Positions 25,540-35,042 of a DNA stretch of 35,042 nt are shown here, piece after piece. A model generated the notes under the pieces. That model saw only the letters and a list, made by a program, of their open reading frames with translations. It had not been told where the DNA came from and did not search any database. Each line of letters opens with the position of its first letter. Position 1 is the stretch's first letter. Where the stretch lies: NCBI GenBank assembly GCA_947629595.1, contig CANREI010000002.1:1-35042 (forward strand), read 5' to 3'. A program made the translations under genes and the position numbers. Origin of the DNA: an uncultured Alphaproteobacteria bacterium (GTDB lineage: Bacteria > Pseudomonadota > Alphaproteobacteria > CAAHEQ01 > UBA3637).

Positions 25540-28500
25540 TTATCGTTCATTCTGATTTAATTCAATGTCCAAGCCCAAAGAACGAATTTCTTTGACCAAC
25601 ACGTTGAAAGATTCGGGAATACCGGCTTCAAAGTTATTATCACCGCGAATAATGGTTTCATAAGCTTTGATACGACCGGAAACGTCATCGGACTTAATCG
25701 TTAACATTTCCTGCAACGTATAAGCCGCACCGTAAGCCTCCAAAGCCCACACTTCCATTTCACCGAACCGCTGACCGCCGAATTGCGCTTTACCGCCTAA
25801 CGGTTGTTGCGTAACCAAGCTGTAAGGTCCGATGGAACGCGCGTGAATCTTTTCATCGACCAAGTGGTGTAATTTTAACATATACATATAGCCGATGGTA
25901 ACTTTTCGATCAAACGGTTCACCCGTTAAGCCGTCATACAACGTTACTTGTCCCGATGAATCCAAACCGGCTTTCTTTAACATATTGTCAATATCGTCTT
26001 GATGCGCACCGTCAAAAACCGGCGTGGCAATCGGCACACCTTTTTTCAAGTTTTCACTCATTGCCAACAAGGTTTTGTCATCCATATCGGCAATTTGACG
26101 CGCATATTCGCGATCGCCGTAAACATCTTTAAGCTTCGCACGCAATTCATCAATTTGAGCCTTTTGCGCCTTCACGGCATCAACAATTTCACCGATTTGA
26201 CGACCCAACTCATGACAAGCATAACCCAAGTGCGTTTCCAAAATCTGTCCCACGTTCATACGCGAGGGAACGCCTAACGGATTGAGCACAATATCCATGG
26301 GTGTACCGTCTGCCGTGTAAGGCATATCTTCAATCGGCAACACGCGCGAAACAACACCCTTGTTTCCGTGACGACCCGACATTTTATCACCCGGTTGCAA
26401 TTTCCGTTTCGTGGCAATGAACACTTTAACCTTCTTCAACTCACCGGCCATCATTTCATCGCCGCGTTGCAATTTGCCGACCCGATTTTCGAATTTTTCC
26501 TGCAATTCCTGCTCGGCCTGATTGAGGGTTTCAATCAATTCTTCAATTTTGCGCATCACGCCGTCATCGGCAACACTGATTTTGCGCAAATTGTAATCGG
26601 CAACCGTGCTTAAATTTTCTTCGGTCAATGTTGTACCGGCCGAAAAATCTTCGGCATTTGCCACTTTCTGCCCAATCATTAACGCCCGAATCCGTTCATA
26701 GAAACTCTTTTGCAAAATGGCTTTTTCATCATCACGATCTTTTGCCAACCGATTGATTTCGGCTTGCTCGATTGCCTGCGCCCGCTCATCTTTTTCAATG
26801 CCGCGCCGCGTGAAAACACGCACATCAATCACCGTTCCGAACACTCCCGGCGGCACCCGTAAAGAAGAATCCCGCACATCGGCTGCCTTTTCGCCGAAAA
26901 TGGTTCGCAAAAGTTTTTCTTCCGGTGTCATAATCGTTTCACCTTTCGGGGTGACTTTACCGACCAAAATATCGCCGGCTTTTACTTCCGCACCAATGTA
27001 AACGATACCGGTTTCATCCAGATTTTTCAGGCCCTCTTCACCGACGTTCGGAATATCACGCGTGATTTCCTCCTGTCCGAGCTTGGTATCGCGCGCCACC
27101 ACTTCAAATTCTTCCAAGTGAATGGACGTAAACACATCATCGCGGGCAATACGTTCGGAAATTAACACCGAGTCTTCATAGTTATACCCGTTCCACGGCA
27201 TAAATGCCACCAAAACGTTGCGACCCAAAGCCAATTCGCCTAATTCCGTACACGGTCCGTCGGCAATAATTTCTCCTTTTTCCACTTTATCACCGGTATG
27301 CACCAACGGTTGTTGCGTCATACACGTTCCCGTGTTGGAGCGTTGGAATTTTTCCAGCGTATAAATATCAACACCCGATGAGGTTGTTGTGAGTTCATCG
27401 GTTGCCCGAATAACAATACGGGAAGAATCCACCTGCGTGACCACACCGGCCCGACGCGCGGCAACGGCTGCCCGTGAATCTTTGGCAACGGCCGCCTCCA
27501 TACCCGTTCCGACGAGCGGTGCTTCGTTATGCAGCAAAGGCACGCCTTGCCGTTGCATGTTCGAGCCCATTAACGCACGGTTCGCGTCATCGTTTTCCAA
27601 GAACGGAATTAAAGAAGCCGCCACCGACACAACCTGTTTCGGCGAAACGTCAATCAAATCAATTTCTTCGGGTTTGGCAAGCACCACTTCACCCGCATGA
27701 CGCGCCGTTACCAAATCTTCCGTAAATTCACCTTTATCGTTTAATTTGGCATTGGCTTGCGCGATGGTATGTTTAGCTTCCTCCATGGCCGACAAATAAA
27801 CAACTTCGTCGGAAACATGCCCGTCAATAATTTTCCGATACGGGGTTTCGATAAAGCCGTATTTATTGACTTTGGCATAAGTGGAAAGCGAGTTAATTAA
27901 CCCGATGTTCTGTCCTTCCGGCGACTCAATCGGACAAATTCGTCCGTAATGTGTGGGATGAACGTCACGCACTTCCATACCGGCTCTGTCACGAGTTAAA
28001 CCGCCCGGGCCCAAGGCCGACAACCGCCGTTTATGCGTAATTTCCGACAACGGATTGTTCTGATCCATAAATTGCGATAATTGCGATGAAGCAAAGAACT
28101 CGCGCACGGCACCCGATAACGGTTTGGCATTGATTAAATCATACGGCATCACCGAATCGATTTCGCTTGACGTCATTTTTTCGCGAATCATTCTTTCCAT
28201 ACGCAACAAGCCCAACCGATATTGATTTTCCATCAACTCGCCCACGGAACGCACCCGCCGGTTGCCCAAGTTATCAATATCATCAACCTGTCCGTTACCG
28301 TCTTTAATTTCAACCAACGTTTTAATGATTTTTAAAATATCTTCTTTGCGCAACACCCGAACGGAATCCGGCACTTCGGCATTGTCAAAGCCTAAACGGG
28401 CGTTCATTTTCACCCGACCGACTGCCGACAAATCGTATCTTTCCAAATCGAAGAACATACCGTTAAACAAATTGGCAGCCGTTTCCACAACCGGTAATTC

Positions 28501-29718
28501 GCCCGGACGCATAATTTTATAAATATCAATTAACGCTTCTTCACGCGTGGTGTTTTTATCAGCCAACAACGTATCGCGAATATACGACCCCACATTGACA
28601 TGATCAATGTGCAATACCGGAATTTCTTTGATTTTTAACTCGTTTAACTTGTCAATATCATCTTCCGTGATTTCATCGCCGGCTTCCATGACCACTTCAC
28701 CCGTTTTTTCATCAACAAAATCGGTTGCGACAAAACGACCCAGTAAATCTTCCGTTGTTAAACGAATTTCATCCAATCCGTCCCGTTTTAACTTGTTCAC
28801 CCGTCCCAAATTTAACTTTTCACCGGCTTCGGCCACCGTTTTGCCCGTGGCGGCATTGATTAAGGGGTGCGTTAACTTAACCCCTTTCATTAACGACGGA
28901 ATAAATTCTGTTTTCCAAGCTTTTTTATCTTTCTTAATCAGAATGGTTTCATAAAAATAATTTAAGATTTCTTCTTTGCTCATACCTTCAATTTCGGAAG
29001 CGGGCAATTCTTGTCCCTGCTCGGCTGCTTCTTTCCGCCGTTTTTCCGTTTCGGCGCTGTCTAAGGCATATAACAACGACGTAACCGGTAATTTCCGACG
29101 TCTGTCAATGCGAACATACAACAAATCTTTGGCATCAAACTCAAAATCAACCCATGAACCGCGATACGGAATAATACGCGCGGCAAACAAAAATTTACCC
29201 GATGAATGGGTTTCGCCGTTGTCGTGATCAAAAAACACACCCGGGGAGCGATGCATTTGAGAAACAACAACCCGTTCCGTTCCGTTGACGATAAACGTTC
29301 CTTTTTCCGTCATTAACGGCAAATCACCGATATAAACGTCTTGTTCTTTAATATCCCGAATGGAACGCGTACCCGTTGCGGCATCAACGTCCCACACAAC
29401 CAGCCGCAATGTTGCCCGAACGGGAGCGGCATAAGTTAAACCGCGTTTTAAACATTCGTCAACATCAAACTTCGGTGTATCCAATTCATATTTAATAAAT
29501 TCCAAGTCACCGCGACCGGCAAAATCATGAATCGGAAAAATAGACTTAAAAACTTCCTGTAAACCCGTATCAGTCCGCTTCTCAACGGGAATACCCCATT
29601 GCAAAAAATCTTTGTATGAGCTGATTTGAACGTCAATTAAATTCGGCATTTCAACGGCCGCATCAATTTTGCCGAAGTTTTTACGAACTCTTCTGCGATT
29701 GGTTTCGGTTTTAATCAT
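25540..29718 (-). CDS. rpoB: DNA-directed RNA polymerase subunit beta
   Basis: 1392 aa with [11 protein letters not shown]...[25 protein letters not shown] and [20 protein letters not shown]. Confidence 0.98.
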   Translation of the reverse strand: MIKTETNRRRVRKNFGKIDAAVEMPNLIDVQISSYKDFLQWGIPVEKRTDTGLQEVFKSIFPIHDFAGRGDLEFIKYELDTPKFDVDECLKRGLTYAAPVRATLRLVVWDVDAATGTRSIRDIKEQDVYIGDLPLMTEKGTFIVNGTERVVVSQMHRSPGVFFDHDNGETHSSGKFLFAARIIPYRGSWVDFEFDAKDLLYVRIDRRRKLPVTSLLYALDSAETEKRRKEAAEQGQELPASEIEGMSKEEILNYFYETILIKKDKKAWKTEFIPSLMKGVKLTHPLINAATGKTVAEAGEKLNLGRVNKLKRDGLDEIRLTTEDLLGRFVATDFVDEKTGEVVMEAGDEITEDDIDKLNELKIKEIPVLHIDHVNVGSYIRDTLLADKNTTREEALIDIYKIMRPGELPVVETAANLFNGMFFDLERYDLSAVGRVKMNARLGFDNAEVPDSVRVLRKEDILKIIKTLVEIKDGNGQVDDIDNLGNRRVRSVGELMENQYRLGLLRMERMIREKMTSSEIDSVMPYDLINAKPLSGAVREFFASSQLSQFMDQNNPLSEITHKRRLSALGPGGLTRDRAGMEVRDVHPTHYGRICPIESPEGQNIGLINSLSTYAKVNKYGFIETPYRKIIDGHVSDEVVYLSAMEEAKHTIAQANAKLNDKGEFTEDLVTARHAGEVVLAKPEEIDLIDVSPKQVVSVAASLIPFLENDDANRALMGSNMQRQGVPLLHNEAPLVGTGMEAAVAKDSRAAVAARRAGVVTQVDSSRIVIRATDELTTTSSGVDIYTLEKFQRSNTGTCMTQQPLVHTGDKVEKGEIIADGPCTELGELALGRNVLVAFMPWNGYNYEDSVLISERIARDDVFTSIHLEEFEVVARDTKLGQEEITRDIPNVGEEGLKNLDETGIVYIGAEVKAGDILVGKVTPKGETIMTPEEKLLRTIFGEKAADVRDSSLRVPPGVFGTVIDVRVFTRRGIEKDERAQAIEQAEINRLAKDRDDEKAILQKSFYERIRALMIGQKVANAEDFSAGTTLTEENLSTVADYNLRKISVADDGVMRKIEELIETLNQAEQELQEKFENRVGKLQRGDEMMAGELKKVKVFIATKRKLQPGDKMSGRHGNKGVVSRVLPIEDMPYTADGTPMDIVLNPLGVPSRMNVGQILETHLGYACHELGRQIGEIVDAVKAQKAQIDELRAKLKDVYGDREYARQIADMDDKTLLAMSENLKKGVPIATPVFDGAHQDDIDNMLKKAGLDSSGQVTLYDGLTGEPFDRKVTIGYMYMLKLHHLVDEKIHARSIGPYSLVTQQPLGGKAQFGGQRFGEMEVWALEAYGAAYTLQEMLTIKSDDVSGRIKAYETIIRGDNNFEAGIPESFNVLVKEIRSLGLDIELNQNER

Positions 29719-29786
29719 TTGTTTTCCCCATAAAAAATAAAACTCTTCCGGCTAAAAGGAACCGGATCCTTTTTTTGACTTCAATA

Positions 29787-29823
29787 GGGTCGACACCAAT
29801 TTTAAGAGAAATTGATGCGACCC
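29787..29823 (-). promoter_or_regulatory. Imperfect stem-loop in the rplL-rpoB spacer; a possible attenuator or processing site
   Basis: GGGTCG..CAATTT / AAATTG..CGACCC inverted repeat. By analogy, the enterobacterial rplL-rpoB spacer holds an attenuator and an RNase III site. Confidence 0.25.
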
Positions 29824-29845
29824 ATTGAACAAGATTGAACCAAAA

Positions 29846-30223
29846 TTATTTCAATTCAACTTTGGCGCCGGCAGCTTCCAATTGCTTTTTAATCTTTTCG
29901 GCTTCTTCTTTGCTGACGCCTTTCTTTATTTCTTTCGGAGCGCCTTCAACCAAGTCTTTGGCTTCTTTTAAGCCCAAGCCCGTGATGGTACGCACTTCCT
30001 TAATGGCGTTAATTTTGTTGGCACCGCCTTCAACCAGAATAACATCGAATTCTGTTTTTTCTTCGGCAGCACCGGCGGCACCGGCAGCAGCAACGGCAAC
30101 CGGAGCAGCAGCTGACACGCCCCATTTTTCTTCCAACATTTTAGCCAATTCGGCAGCTTCCATCACTGTCAAACCGGATAATTCTTCTACAATTTTATTT
30201 AAATCTGTCATTTTGTTCTCCAT
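29846..30223 (-). CDS. rplL: 50S ribosomal protein L7/L12
   Basis: 125 aa with an Ala-rich hinge ([19 protein letters not shown]) and C-terminal [16 protein letters not shown]...AGAKVELK. Confidence 0.97.
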   Translation of the reverse strand: MENKMTDLNKIVEELSGLTVMEAAELAKMLEEKWGVSAAAPVAVAAAGAAGAAEEKTEFDVILVEGGANKINAIKEVRTITGLGLKEAKDLVEGAPKEIKKGVSKEEAEKIKKQLEAAGAKVELK

Positions 30224-30250
30224 AAATAATAAAAGTTTAATTCAAAAAAA

Positions 30251-30739
30251 TTATGCCGCAGCCTGTTCCTTTTCGGAATAAGCTTTTGCAACCCGAGCCA
30301 ATTGTCCGGCCGGCGCTTGTAACAAGCCCACCAGTTTGCCGCGCAGTTCGTCCAAAGACGGCAATGCCGCAATGGATTGAACGGTTTTGGCATCAATGCG
30401 TTTGCCGTTCATAATACCGCCTGCGATTTCAAACTTTTCGCTTGCTTTGGCTAATTTGCAAACGGCTCTGGCGGCGGAAATTTCATCTTCCGAATAGGCC
30501 AATGCCGTCGGACCGACCAGCAAGTCGGCCATAGCTTCACAAGGTGTTCCGGCGAGAGCCAATTTTGCCAAACGGTTTTTAACGACACGATAGCCTGCTC
30601 CGTCTTGACGAACGTTTCTGCGTAACTCCGTTGTTTCGGCCATTGTAATACCGTTGTTAATGGCAACAACAACCAAAGCAGACTGATTGAAAACGTCCTT
30701 CATTTCGGAAATGACTTGTTGTTTTTCTTCACGTTTCAC
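30251..30739 (-). CDS. rplJ: 50S ribosomal protein L10
   Basis: 162 aa with an L10-type sequence (LRRNVRQDGAGYRVVKNRLAKLAL). It lies directly upstream of rplL. Confidence 0.93.
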   Translation of the reverse strand: MKREEKQQVISEMKDVFNQSALVVVAINNGITMAETTELRRNVRQDGAGYRVVKNRLAKLALAGTPCEAMADLLVGPTALAYSEDEISAARAVCKLAKASEKFEIAGGIMNGKRIDAKTVQSIAALPSLDELRGKLVGLLQAPAGQLARVAKAYSEKEQAAA

Positions 30740-30988
30740 GATTTTGTCTCCGCTACTTTAAAAACGGTTTCCCGTTTTTGGTTTTCTACATAAAGCCTCT
30801 TTGAAAGAGACTTCCCTTATTTCCTGTCCAGAAACATCATCTTTTTTCCTTATGGACAACCGATTTGTTTTCTGTCTATTGCCGGCGGAATGCTTTCCCT
30901 TAAATCTTATCCCATGATAAGCACCGACAGTCTGGGACAGGTATTTGCCCTCTTGAAAAAACTTCTCAAAAGGGCAAACAAACTCTTT
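30740..30988 (-). promoter_or_regulatory. 249-nt rplJ 5' leader, the expected site of L10(L12)4 autoregulation
   Basis: A long untranslated gap between rplA and rplJ. The assignment rests on position only; I did not fold it. Confidence 0.3.
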
Positions 30989-31678
30989 TTACGCCATACT
31001 TGAAATATTGACTTTCACACCCACGCCCTGCGTTGTGCTTAAAGCCACCTGTTTCAAATAAACGCCTTTGGAAGAAGCCGGTTTTAAAGCCGTTAACGCC
31101 TTCACAAAAGCAATAGCGTTTTCTTTAATCTTCTCTGCCTCAAAGCTGGCCTTCCCGATTCCGGCATGCACAATTCCCGCCGCATCGACACGGAATTGAA
31201 CTTGTCCGGCTTTGGAAGCCTGAACGGCCGTTGCCACATCCATGGTAACCGTTCCGAGCTTCGGATTCGGCATTAAGCCTTTCGGACCCAAAACTTTACC
31301 CAAACGACCGACAATGCCCATCATATCCGGTGTGGCAATTAAGCGCTGGAAGTTGATTTTACCGCCTAAAATATCGTTCATCAAATCTTCGTCGCCCACA
31401 ATATCGGCACCGGCTTTTTTGGCTTCTTCGGCTTTCGGCCCTTTGGCAAACACGGCAACCGTTAATGTTTTACCGGTTCCGGCCGGCAAAGAAACGGCAC
31501 CGCGCACCATTTGATCGGATTGGCGCGGATCAACGCCCAACGAAACGGCAATATCAACCGTTTCATCAAACTTGGCCTTTGCATTTTCTTTAATCAGTTT
31601 AACCGCTTCGTCAATGTCATAGACTTTGCTCTTATCAACGGTTTCGTAAGCTTGTTTTAATCTTTTTCCGTATTTCAT
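30989..31678 (-). CDS. rplA: 50S ribosomal protein L1
   Basis: [15 protein letters not shown]... is a typical L1 start, so the start is trimmed from the track's 31747 to 31678. Confidence 0.95.
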   Translation of the reverse strand: MKYGKRLKQAYETVDKSKVYDIDEAVKLIKENAKAKFDETVDIAVSLGVDPRQSDQMVRGAVSLPAGTGKTLTVAVFAKGPKAEEAKKAGADIVGDEDLMNDILGGKINFQRLIATPDMMGIVGRLGKVLGPKGLMPNPKLGTVTMDVATAVQASKAGQVQFRVDAAGIVHAGIGKASFEAEKIKENAIAFVKALTALKPASSKGVYLKQVALSTTQGVGVKVNISSMA

Positions 31679-31682
31679 ATTC

Positions 31683-32111
31683 TTACTCCACAACTTCGAT
31701 TCCCATTGAGCGAGCTTGTCCCGCCACCATTTCCATTGCCGCTTCAACCGTATGACAGTTTAAATCCGGCATTTTTTCCGTTGCAATGGCTTTCACCTGT
31801 TCTTTGGTGATTTTAGCCACTTTTTTCCGCCCCGGTTCTTTGGAAGCGCTTTTTACGTTTGCTGCTTTTTTAATTAAATAGCTGACCGGCGGTAATTTTG
31901 TAATAAACGAAAACGTTCTGTCGGCATAAGCCGTGATAATAACGGGAATCGGTGCACCCGGTTCCATTTTTTGCGTTTTTGCATTAAATGCTTTACAGAA
32001 TTCCATAATATTCAAACCCCGCTGACCCAAGGCCGGTCCGACCGGAGGCGACGGGTTTGCTTTACCTGCTTCAATTTGAAGTTTGATAAAGCCGATTACT
32101 TTTTTTGCCAT
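31683..32111 (-). CDS. rplK: 50S ribosomal protein L11
   Basis: [43 protein letters not shown]. The start is trimmed from 32138 to 32111. Confidence 0.95.
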   Translation of the reverse strand: MAKKVIGFIKLQIEAGKANPSPPVGPALGQRGLNIMEFCKAFNAKTQKMEPGAPIPVIITAYADRTFSFITKLPPVSYLIKKAANVKSASKEPGRKKVAKITKEQVKAIATEKMPDLNCHTVEAAMEMVAGQARSMGIEVVE

Positions 32112-32186
32112 TTTTTGACTCCTCAAAATATTTTCCAATCCATTTTTTGAAGTTTGTGGTTCGATAATGGCTTATCTGCCACAAGT

Positions 32187-32217
32187 AAAGGAAATACGGA
32201 TTGTTTTTATTTCCTTT
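32187..32217 (-). promoter_or_regulatory. Perfect 10-bp stem hairpin in the nusG-rplK spacer
   Basis: AAAGGAAATA (32187-32196) pairs with TATTTCCTTT (32208-32217). No clear U-tract follows on the minus strand. It may be a partial terminator or part of the rplK leader. Confidence 0.3.
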
Positions 32218-32234
32218 AAAACTTTTTAAATACG

Positions 32235-32762
32235 TTATGCTTTCTTAACCTGCGTGTAATTTAACTCTAACGGTGTTTGACGCCCGAAAATGGAAACCGA
32301 TACTTTCAACCGCTCTTTTTCGGCATCAACATCTTCCACAACACCCGTGAAAGAAGCAAACGGCCCGTCACACACGATAACTTGTTCTCCTGTTTCATAA
32401 ACAATGGTTGATTTAGGTCTTTCAACACCTTCTTTCACCTGTTGCAAAATTCTGTCGGCTTCCGCCTGCGTCATCGGCACGGGCTTTTTACCGCCCAAAA
32501 AGCCGGTTACTTTCGGCGTACTGCTGACCAAATGCCACGTTTCGGGTGTCATTTCCATTTTCACAAGCACATACCCCGGGAAAAATTTACGCTCTTTTTC
32601 CACTTTGGCACCCTTTTGAATACTGATAACATTTTCGGTGGGAACCAAAACCTCTTCAATTAAAGCGGCAAACCCTTTTTTCTCCGCCTGCTCTTTGATA
32701 AACGCCGCGATTTTGTTTTCAAATCCCGAATACGTATGAACAATATACCAACGAACGGCCAT
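32235..32762 (-). CDS. nusG: Transcription termination/antitermination factor NusG
   Basis: 175 aa with the NGN domain (WYIVHTYSGFENK) and the KOW motif (GEQVIVCDGPFASFTGVVEDVD). Confidence 0.95.
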   Translation of the reverse strand: MAVRWYIVHTYSGFENKIAAFIKEQAEKKGFAALIEEVLVPTENVISIQKGAKVEKERKFFPGYVLVKMEMTPETWHLVSSTPKVTGFLGGKKPVPMTQAEADRILQQVKEGVERPKSTIVYETGEQVIVCDGPFASFTGVVEDVDAEKERLKVSVSIFGRQTPLELNYTQVKKA

Positions 32763-32765
32763 TCA

Positions 32766-32954
32766 TTAACCTCCCAACACAACACGGATGATTCCGGCAA
32801 AAAACATATCAACAATAAACAAAAACGCCGCCAAAGCAATGCTCATCAAAATAACGACAATCGTTCCTTGCGTTGCCGCCGAACGAGTTGGCCATGTAAT
32901 TTTGGAAACTTCCTGTTTCACTTGACGAACAAATTGTGCCGGTGTTGTTTTCAT
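32766..32954 (-). CDS. secE: Preprotein translocase subunit SecE
   Basis: 62 aa with VKQEVSKITWPTR followed by a single transmembrane helix. It lies between tRNA-Trp and nusG. Confidence 0.9.
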   Translation of the reverse strand: MKTTPAQFVRQVKQEVSKITWPTRSAATQGTIVVILMSIALAAFLFIVDMFFAGIIRVVLGG

Positions 32955-32971
32955 TTTCTCCTCTTTTCCAT

Positions 32972-33047
32972 TGGCAGGGGCGGCAGGGATCGAACCCGCG
33001 ACCTTCGGTTTTGGAGACCGACGCTCTACCAGTTGAGCTACACCCCT
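32972..33047 (-). tRNA. tRNA-Trp (CCA anticodon)
   Basis: The reverse complement is AGGGGTGTAGCTCAACTGGTAGAGCGTCGGTCTCCAAAACCGAAGGTCGCGGGTTCGATCCCTGCCGCCCCTGCCA. The anticodon loop is CT-CCA-AA. The position upstream of secE-nusG is conserved. Confidence 0.92.
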
Positions 33048-33112
33048 TTCTCGCGCACCTTACCGTTTCGGGAAACACCCGTAACGATAGCCTTTATAAA
33101 ATAAGACAGGTA

Positions 33113-33141
33113 ATGTTACAGTTTTTTAAAACATTTGTCAA
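33113..33141 (-). promoter_or_regulatory. Putative promoter for the tRNA-Trp/secE/nusG unit
   Basis: Minus-strand TTGACA (33141-33136), a 17-bp spacer, then TAACAT (33118-33113). Confidence 0.35.
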
Positions 33142-33254
33142 GCACTTTTTGCAACTTTTTTTAATTTTTTGTTAAGATTTATGCAAACAAATACGAAAAT
33201 GCTTCCATGAACCGATTTTTTCCGCAATCGCTTAAAAGAGATGCCTTTTTTGTT

Positions 33255-35042
33255 TTATTCAACCGATTCCAAACGTGATTTCAGCAAAACCAGTTCGGCA
33301 TCAAACACTTTCGGCAACCGCTTTTGTTTTCGAAACGGCTCAAAATAAGCATTTTGCGCTTCAACATCTTTTAAGGCCAAGCTTGAATCAACGTGCATTA
33401 AGGCTTGAAACGCCGTTTCGCTCATTTGCAACCCTTTCCAATTTAAATCTTTGAAAGCGGGCGAATAACCGAAAACCGTTTCCGTTGCGGCGGCCAACCC
33501 TTGCGTGCGTTTGACAATCCACTCCAAAACGCGCATATTTTGACCGAATCCCGGCCACATAAAATGCCCTTCTTCATCTTTTCGGAACCAATTGACACGG
33601 AAAACAAGCGGTTTATGCACAAGTTTTGCGCCTAATTGCAACCAATGCGCCCAATAATCGCCCATATTATACCCGCAAAACGGCAACATGGCCATCGGAT
33701 CTCGCCGAATCTCGCCTGCCGTTCCTTCGGCAGCCGCCGTTTTTTCCGAACCCATGGTACTGGCCAAATAAACGCCGTGTTGCCAATTAAATGATTGATA
33801 AACCAACGGTGCGTTGGTAGCCAACCGTCCGCCGACGATAAACGCATCAATCGGCACGCCTGCCGGATTTTCCCAGTCTTTGTCAATAATCGGACATTGT
33901 GAAGCCGGTGCCGTAAAGCGCGAATTCGGGTGCGCCGCCGGCGTTGGGCTTTGAGGTGTCCAATCATTTCCCTGCCAATCGATTAAGTGCGCCGGTACTT
34001 CATCGGTTAAGCCTTCCCACCACACATCGCCGTCATCGGTTAAGGCCACGTTGGTGAAAATGGTATTTGCCCGACACGATTCGATGGCGTTTCTGTTTGT
34101 TTTGGCCGAAGTACCGGGTGCCACGCCGAAAAAGCCCGCTTCGGGGTTAATGGCATACAATCGCCCGTTTTTCGGCTTAATCCAAGCAATATCGTCACCG
34201 ACGGTTGACACTTTCCAATCGGATAATTCTTTCGGCGGAATAAGCATGGCCAGATTCGTTTTACCGCAGGCACTCGGAAACGCCGCCGTCACATATGTTT
34301 TAATATGCAGCTTTTTATTTTCCAGCCCGACAATCAACATATGTTCGGCAAGCCACCCTTCATCGCGCGCCATGGTGCTGGCAATACGCAACGCCAGACA
34401 TTTTTTGCCCAACAACGCATTTCCGCCGTAACCGCTGCCGAATGAAATAATCTCGCGTGTTTCGGGAAAGTGCGTAATATAGGTATTTTCCGGATTGCAC
34501 GGCCACGGCACGTCTTTTTGGCCTTTTTTCAACGGACTGCCGACCGAATGCAAACATTTAACGAAATCACCGTCTTTCAACACTCCCCACACTTTTTTGC
34601 CCATACGCGTCATAATACGCATATTGGCAACCACATACGGCGAATCGGTAATTTCAATACCGATTTGAGCAATATCCGATCCCAACGGCCCCATGGAAAA
34701 CGGAATCACATACATGGTTCGACCTTTCATACAGCCTTTTAATAATTTGTGCAGTGTTTTTTTCATTTGAGCCGGCGCCGCCCAATTATTCGTGGGACCG
34801 GCATCAATTTTATTTTGACAACAGATAAACGTGCGCGCTTCAACGCGGGCAACATCTTTCGGATTAGAGCGCGCCAAAAAACAATTCGGACGTTTTTTAG
34901 GATTTAAAGGAATAAACGTTTTATTTTCAACCAGTAAATTGTTAACGGCCTGAATTTCCGCTTCACTGCCGTCACACCAATAAACGGCTTCCGGTTCGGT
35001 TAAATCGGCAATTTCATTGACCCAATCGATTACTTTTGTATT
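33255..35042 (-). CDS. pckG: Phosphoenolpyruvate carboxykinase, GTP-dependent type; the N-terminus lies beyond the window end
   Basis: Has the kinase-1a motif [15 protein letters not shown] plus GDDIAWI and FGYNMGDYW-like regions. The frame stays open upstream of the track's Met. My translation of 35042-34878 gives [56 protein letters not shown], which is typical N-terminal PEPCK-GTP sequence. Confidence 0.9.
   Translation of the reverse strand, partial: NTKVIDWVNEIADLTEPEAVYWCDGSEAEIQAVNNLLVENKTFIPLNPKKRPNCFLARSNPKDVARVEARTFICCQNKIDAGPTNNWAAPAQMKKTLHKLLKGCMKGRTMYVIPFSMGPLGSDIAQIGIEITDSPYVVANMRIMTRMGKKVWGVLKDGDFVKCLHSVGSPLKKGQKDVPWPCNPENTYITHFPETREIISFGSGYGGNALLGKKCLALRIASTMARDEGWLAEHMLIVGLENKKLHIKTYVTAAFPSACGKTNLAMLIPPKELSDWKVSTVGDDIAWIKPKNGRLYAINPEAGFFGVAPGTSAKTNRNAIESCRANTIFTNVALTDDGDVWWEGLTDEVPAHLIDWQGNDWTPQSPTPAAHPNSRFTAPASQCPIIDKDWENPAGVPIDAFIVGGRLATNAPLVYQSFNWQHGVYLASTMGSEKTAAAEGTAGEIRRDPMAMLPFCGYNMGDYWAHWLQLGAKLVHKPLVFRVNWFRKDEEGHFMWPGFGQNMRVLEWIVKRTQGLAAATETVFGYSPAFKDLNWKGLQMSETAFQALMHVDSSLALKDVEAQNAYFEPFRKQKRLPKVFDAELVLLKSRLESVE

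Noticed and set aside
21527-29636. About 25 ORFs of 60-150 aa called inside rpoC and rpoB. Most are on the plus strand (for example 24551-25000, 28607-28954, 22862-23161). A few are on the minus strand in other frames.
   Set aside because: They lie entirely within two very highly conserved genes. Their compositions are biased and low-complexity (Ser/Pro/Arg-rich), and they have no RBS. These are typical shadow ORFs.
31679-32138. Longer N-terminal extensions of rplA (to 31747) and rplK (to 32138) in the ORF track. The same applies to rfbB, rfbC, GT2, DegT, RgpF and GNAT copy 1.
   Set aside because: The conserved family N-termini begin at internal Met codons (MKYGKRL, MAKKVIG, MKKSILVTGG, MNFIKT and others). 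The extensions would overlap the upstream genes.
32736-33175. ORFs 32736-33104, 32809-33078 and 32936-33175.
   Set aside because: They overlap secE and tRNA-Trp, whose sequences and conserved position explain this DNA fully.

Overview
The window looks like chromosomal DNA from a low-GC, probably alphaproteobacterial genome. This rests on the rpoB/rpoC N-termini, a CarD/CdnL gene and the gene order, and is inference only. There are three blocks.

(1) 1-13.9 kb, all on the minus strand. This is a tightly packed LPS/O-antigen locus. It holds gmhA (partial), hldE, a GT9 heptosyltransferase-like gene and an unusual triple-HTH protein. After a 323-bp AT-rich gap come an ATP-grasp/HAD fusion, a short DegT-like protein, WbqC, GT2, a DegT aminotransferase, an RgpF-like protein, rfbB-rfbD-rfbC-rfbA and a second GT2. 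Seven gene junctions are ATGA/GTGA start-stop overlaps.

(2) 13.9-20.0 kb, an AT-rich accessory island ending at tRNA-Met(CAU). It holds an orphan 570-aa HExxH protein followed by a GNAT acetyltransferase. Next is a WYL-domain regulator, transcribed divergently from a PD-(D/E)XK nuclease-family gene and an orphan 145-aa gene. Last is a decayed second copy of the HExxH gene, which keeps its promoter, followed by a second GNAT copy that is about 97% identical to the first. The WYL/nuclease/145-aa cassette sits at the centre of the window, bracketed by the duplicated GNAT units. It is my best candidate for an undescribed defence-type system.

(3) 20.2-35.0 kb, core genes. These are carD plus a small lipoprotein on the plus strand. 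On the minus strand are rpoC, rpoB, rplL, rplJ, rplA, rplK, nusG, secE, tRNA-Trp and a GTP-type PEP carboxykinase that runs off the window end.

All functional calls come from motifs read in the supplied translations. No database search was run.
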